Shown: positions 59,091 to 64,000 of the stretch, in pieces | Layout: each line of letters opens with the position of its first letter | Numbering within the stretch: the first letter of the stretch is position 1 | Assembly: GCF_963921235.1 (NCBI RefSeq) | Contig: NC_086101.1 | Span: forward strand, 6,016,001 to 6,080,000 | Reading direction: 5' to 3' | DNA from: Mobula hypostoma | Lineage: Eukaryota | Length of the DNA stretch: 64,000 bases | Notes under the pieces: model-generated | The model's database searches: none | What the model saw: only the letters and a program-made list of their open reading frames with translations | Told to the model about the DNA's origin: nothing | Made by a program: the position numbers and the translations under genes

Positions 59091-62000
59091 TCACAAGATC
59101 ACAAGACAAAGGAGCAGAAGTAGGCCATTCGGCCCATCGAGTCTGCTCTGCCACTCCACCATGAGCTAAACTATTCTCCAATCTAGTTTCAATTTCTGGC
59201 TTTTTCCCATATCCCTTGATACCCTGACTAATTAGATACCTATCAATCTCCTCCTTAAACACCCTCAATGATCGGGCCTCCACAGCTGTATGTGGCAACG
59301 AATTCCATAAATCCACAACACTCTGGCTAAAAAAAATTCTCCTCATCTCTGGTTTAAATGGGCACCCTCCAATTCTAAGACTATGGCCTCTTGTCCTGGA
59401 CTCACCCACCAAGGGAAACAGCCTTTCCACATCTACTCTGTCCAACCCTTTCAACATTTGAAATGTTTCTATGAGATCCCCTCTCATTCTTCTATACTCT
59501 AATGAATACAGTCCAAGAGCTGACAAACGCTCCTCATATGTTAGCCCCTGCATTCCAGGAATCATCCTCGTAAACCTTCTCTGAACTCTCTCCAACATCA
59601 GTATGTCCCTTCTAAGATTCGGGGGGGGGGGGCGGGGGGGGGTGGTCCAGAACTGCACACAGTATTCCAGATGAGGTCTCACCAGTGCCCCATAGAGCCT
59701 CATCAACACCTCCTAAAGGCTGATTTATACTTGTGCGTCAAATGTATGCCACAGGTACGGCGTAGCCACCTACCCTACGCTGTACTCTACGTCAATCCTA
59801 CGCCGTAGCCTAACGCGCACCTCTCCCAAAACGTAACTACGCGTCGCAGTGACGCAGACTGTACAACTGTGATTGGTCCACTTGGTAGCATCGCATTTCC
59901 TCCTACGCTGCATTAGCTTCCCATTGGGCGACTGAAGGGCAGGGAAGGAACTCTGGCTGCAATGCTTTCCATAAAGCTTTACAGACCTCCGAAATTATGG
60001 AGGACCCTGTGCTTGATGCCAGTTTGTAGCTAGCTGCTACAGCCTGTTGACTTCCACCTGAAGCTAAAACTCAAATGGTGATTGCCAGTCTCTGAGTATA
60101 CTGTGCGTACACTGATGCAAAATAAATGGTTGGAGACGATGAACCAAATCGTCAAATTTACCTACCGAAAATTCTGAAAATATTTGAAATGCATTTCTCC
60201 GTCTGTCTCTCAATGGCCAGACAAGCACAGAAAATTCACCCTCCTTCAGTTTCAGTCGCCATTGTTTGAAGTTTGAGTTTCTTCGTGTTGAGTTTCAACA
60301 CGAAGAAACTCAACACAGTGGCATAGAAACCCCACCGCCAACTAGCGTCCTGGCAGTGAATTGCAAAGAGACGCAGACACATCAACGCACAAGTATAAAG
60401 GCTCACAATGGCGTAGCCCACTTGTGTAAGCTATGGCGCAAGCTGTAACGCACAAGTATAAATCAGCCTTTACTCTTATACACTATTCCTCTTGAAAGGA
60501 ATGCCAACATAGCATTGCTTTCCTTACTGCCGATCCAACCTGGTGGTTAACCTTTCAGGTATCCTGCCCGAGGACCCCCAAGTCCCTTTGCACTTCTAAT
60601 TTTTGTATTTTCTCCCCATCTAAATAATAATCTGTCCGATTATTTCTTCTTCCAAAATGTACAACCGTATATTTCTCAACATTGTATCTTACCTGCCATT
60701 TCTTTGCCCACTCTCCTAAACTGACCAAGTCTCTCTGCAACATTTCCATTTCTCCAACACTTCCTGCTCCTCCACCTATTTTGGTGTCATCCGCAAATTT
60801 AGCCACAAAACCATTTAATCCATAATCTAAATCATCGATATCGTAAAAAGAAGCGGCCCCAACACCGACCCCTGTGGAACACCACTAGTAACTGGCAACC
60901 AATCAGAATAGGATCCCTTTATTCCCACCCTTTGCTTTCTGCCTATCAGCCAATGCTCCACTCATTCCAATATCTTTCCTGTAATTCCATGGGCTCTCAT
61001 CTTATTAAACAGCCACTTATGCGGCACCTTATCAAAGGTCTTTTGAAAATCCAAATACACGACATCCACAGCCTCTCCCTTGTCAATCTTATTTGAGATT
61101 ACCTCAAAAAATTCCAATAAGTTGGTGAGGCAGAATCTTCCCTTCATGAAACCATGCTGGCTTGGGCCTATCTTGCTGTGTACTTGGCGGTATTTCATAA
61201 CCTCATCCTTGAGGATTGACTCCAATAACTTTCCAACTACCGATGTCAGACTAATAGGTCTGTAATATTCTTTTTGCTGTCCTCCTCCTTTCTTAAACAG
61301 CAGAACTACACTTGCGACTTTCCAGTCCTCCGGAACCATGCCAGAGTTCATTGATTCCTGGAAGATAATTTCCAATGCTTCCACAATCTCCAAATCCACC
61401 TCCTTCAGAACCGTTGTGTGCACCTCATCTGGTCCGGGAGACTTAGTCCATTTAGCTTCCCAAGCACTTTCTCTCTAGTAATCTTGACTGTACCTAATTG
61501 TACTCCCTGAGACCTCTGGTTATCAGCAATGTTGCTAATGTCTTCCACTGTGAAGGCTGATGCAAAATACTCAGTTAATTCCTCTGCTATCTCATTGTTA
61601 CCCATTATAATTTCTCCAGCATCGTTTTCAATCGGTCCTATATCTATCCGTGTCACTCTTTTACTCTTCATATATTTTTTTAAAACCCTTAGTATCAGTT
61701 TTATGCTAATTGCCAACTTCCTTTCATAATTCACCTTTTCTTTCCTAATGACTTTCTTAGTTTCCTTCTGTAAGTTTTTAGAAGTCCTCAGTTTTCCCAC
61801 TAATTTTTGCTTCCTTATACGCCATCTCTTTTGCTTTTATTTTAGCCTTAACCTCTCCCTTAGCCACATTTGTGCCATTTTTCCACTCATGATTTTCTTT
61901 TTTCTTAGAATATATTTTTTCTGCACTTTCCTTATTTCTTGTAGGAATTTCATCCAATTCTGCTCTACCATCCCTTCATCTAGCTTACTTTTCAAATCGA

Positions 62001-62484
62001 CTTGAGCCAGTTCCTCTCTCACACCACTGTAATTTCCTTTGTTCCACTGAAATATCAATGCACCCAATACCAGCTTCTCCTTTTCAAATTTGAAACTGAA
62101 CTCAATCATATTATGATCACTACTTCCAAGGGGTTCCTTTACCTCCAGCTCCCTAATCGCCTCAGGTTCATTACACAGCACCCAATCCAAAACAGCTGGA
62201 ACCCTGGTGGGCTTCTGGACAAGCTGCTCCAAAAAGCCATCCTGTAGGCATTCTACAAACTCCCTCTCCTGAGATCCATTACCTTCCTGACTTTCCCAAT
62301 CCACTTTCATATTAAAATCCCCCATAATTATCTTGACATTTTCCTTCTGGCATGCTTTTCCTATTTCCAGCTGTAACTTGTAGTCCACATCCCGGCTGCT
62401 GTTTGGAGGCCTGTATATAACTACTATTAGTGTTTTTTTACTCTTGCCATTTCTTAACTCGACCCATAAGGATTCTACCTCTTC
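59091..62484 (-). mobile_element. CR1 LINE ORF2 (younger copy) carrying the Harbinger insertion
   Basis: VESLWVEL, IYRPPNS, MGDFN, YRPISLTS, DFQKTFDKV, KFADDTK, VRPHLEYC; (TCTTGTGA)n tail at 59091-59108. Confidence 0.92.
59717..60469 (-). mobile_element. PIF/Harbinger DNA transposon, non-autonomous deletion derivative
   Basis: 22-bp TIR AGGCTGATTTATACTTGTGCGT / ACGCACAAGTATAAATCAGCCT, flanked by TAA/TTA; - strand remnant [50 protein letters not shown] resembles Harbinger transposase. Confidence 0.9.
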
Positions 62485-62649
62485 TGGTCCATCTGGTCCA
62501 GGTGATTTATCTACCTTCAGACTTTTCATATTCCTGTGCACTTCCTCCTTCATAACAGTAACAACATTTATTTCTGACCACTGACACTTTCGCATTACTG
62601 GCACACTGCTAGTAGCTTCCACAGTGAAGATTGACATAAAATATTTATT

Positions 62650-64000
62650 AAGACAAGATAAGATATAGGTACAGAATTAAGCCATTTGGCCCATCGAGTC
62701 TGCTCCGCCATTTCATTACATCTGATCCAATTTTCCTCTCTGTCACAATCTCCTGCCTTTTCCCACATCCCTTCATGCCCTGACCAATTAAGAACCTATC
62801 AACCTCTGCCTTAAATATACATAAAGACTTGGCCTCACAGCTGCCTGACAAGAATTCCACAGATTCACCACTCACTGGCTAAGGAAATTCCTCCTCATCT
62901 CCATTTGAAAAGGATGCTGCTCTGTTCTGAAGCTGTGTCCTCTGGTCTTATACTCTCCCACCATAGGAAACTTCTTCTCCATATCCACTCTATCAAGGCC
63001 TTTCACCATTCAATAGGTTTCAGTGAGGTCACCCCTATTCTTCTGAATTCTAGTGAATACAGCCCCAGAGCCATCAAGCACTCTTCATATGACAAACCAT
63101 TTAATTCTGGAGTCATTTGTGTGAAGCTCCTTTGAACCCTCTCCAGTTTCAGCACATACTTTTTAAGATAAGGGGCCTAAAACTGCTCACAATATTCTGT
63201 GAGCAGAATAAAGCTCACCAGTACTTTGTAAAGTATCAACACCACATAGTTGCTTTAATATTCTAGTCCTCTTGAAATGAATGCTAACATTGTATTTGCT
63301 CTCCTCACCACAGACTCAACCTGCAAATTAACCTTAAGGGAATCCTACAAAAGGACTCGCAAGTATCTTTCTACCTCAGTTTTTGTATGTTCTCTCCATT
63401 TAGAAAATCATCAACCCTTTCATTTCTTCTACCAAAGTGCATGATCATACACCTACTGACACTGCATTTCTTTATCCATGCTCCCAATTTTCTGTAGTCT
63501 CTCTCAAAACTACCTGCCCCTTCACCTATCTTCATATCATCTACAAAGCCATCAATTCCATCATCCAAATCATTGAGACATAATATAAAAAGAATCGGTC
63601 CCAACACAGACCCCTGACGAACACCAGTAGTCACTGGCAGCCAAACAGAAAAAAAGCTCCATTCATTCCAACTCTATGCCTCTTGCCAATCAGCCACTGC
63701 TTTATCCATGCTAGAATTTTTCCTGTAATACCATGGGGTTGTAGCTTGTTAAGCAGCCTCATGCGTGGCACCTTGTCAAAGGCCTTCTGGAAATCCAAGT
63801 ACACAACATCAACCAGTTCTCCTTTCTCTATCCTGCTTGTTATTTCTTCAAAGAATTCCAGCAGATTTGTCAGGCAAGTTTTTCCCGTGATGAGACCATG
63901 CTGACTACGGCCAAATTTATCATGTGGCTCCAAGGACACTGAGACCTCATCATTAATAATTGACTCCAACATCTTCCCAACCACTGACCAAGTGGCCTAT
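62650..64000 (-). mobile_element. CR1 LINE RT/3' region, runs off the window end
   Basis: [28 protein letters not shown]; tail near 62650. Confidence 0.92.

Noticed and set aside
61837..62637. 266-aa novel ORF
   Set aside because: Chance in-frame fusion of two nested CR1 copies

Overview
Eukaryotic (vertebrate) genomic DNA, not prokaryotic. The repeat content (many CR1 LINEs, Penelope, Rex1/Babar-type LINEs, HE1/V-type SINEs) suggests a cartilaginous fish, probably a ray; that is inference. Most of the window is transposon-derived, and almost all ORFs in the six-frame track are TE fragments or noise. Host genes: (1) a complete 6-exon TRIM gene (RING, B-box, coiled coil, PRY/SPRY) on + from 12420 to 27549 with an intact 462-aa spliced frame, an IRF/ISRE motif just upstream and a 62-bp minisatellite 5' of its promoter; (2) an intact terminal PRY/SPRY exon of a second, convergent TRIM-type gene on - (52123-51591) whose upstream exons I cannot find in the window. 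Notable mobile DNA: an internally deleted CsRn1-clade Gypsy element (LTRs, GCAT TSD, tRNA-Trp PBS, -1 frameshift signal), a 5'-truncated L1 with a nested CR1, a deleted Harbinger transposon inside nested CR1s, Tc1 and hAT relics, and several rearrangement scars. I found no convincing wholly new biological system. The best leads are the minisatellite/IRF-site promoter, an unclassified ~500-bp unit bounded by inverted arms and present twice, and a probable staggered-break inversion. Coordinates of decayed repeats are approximate, and identities were counted by eye.
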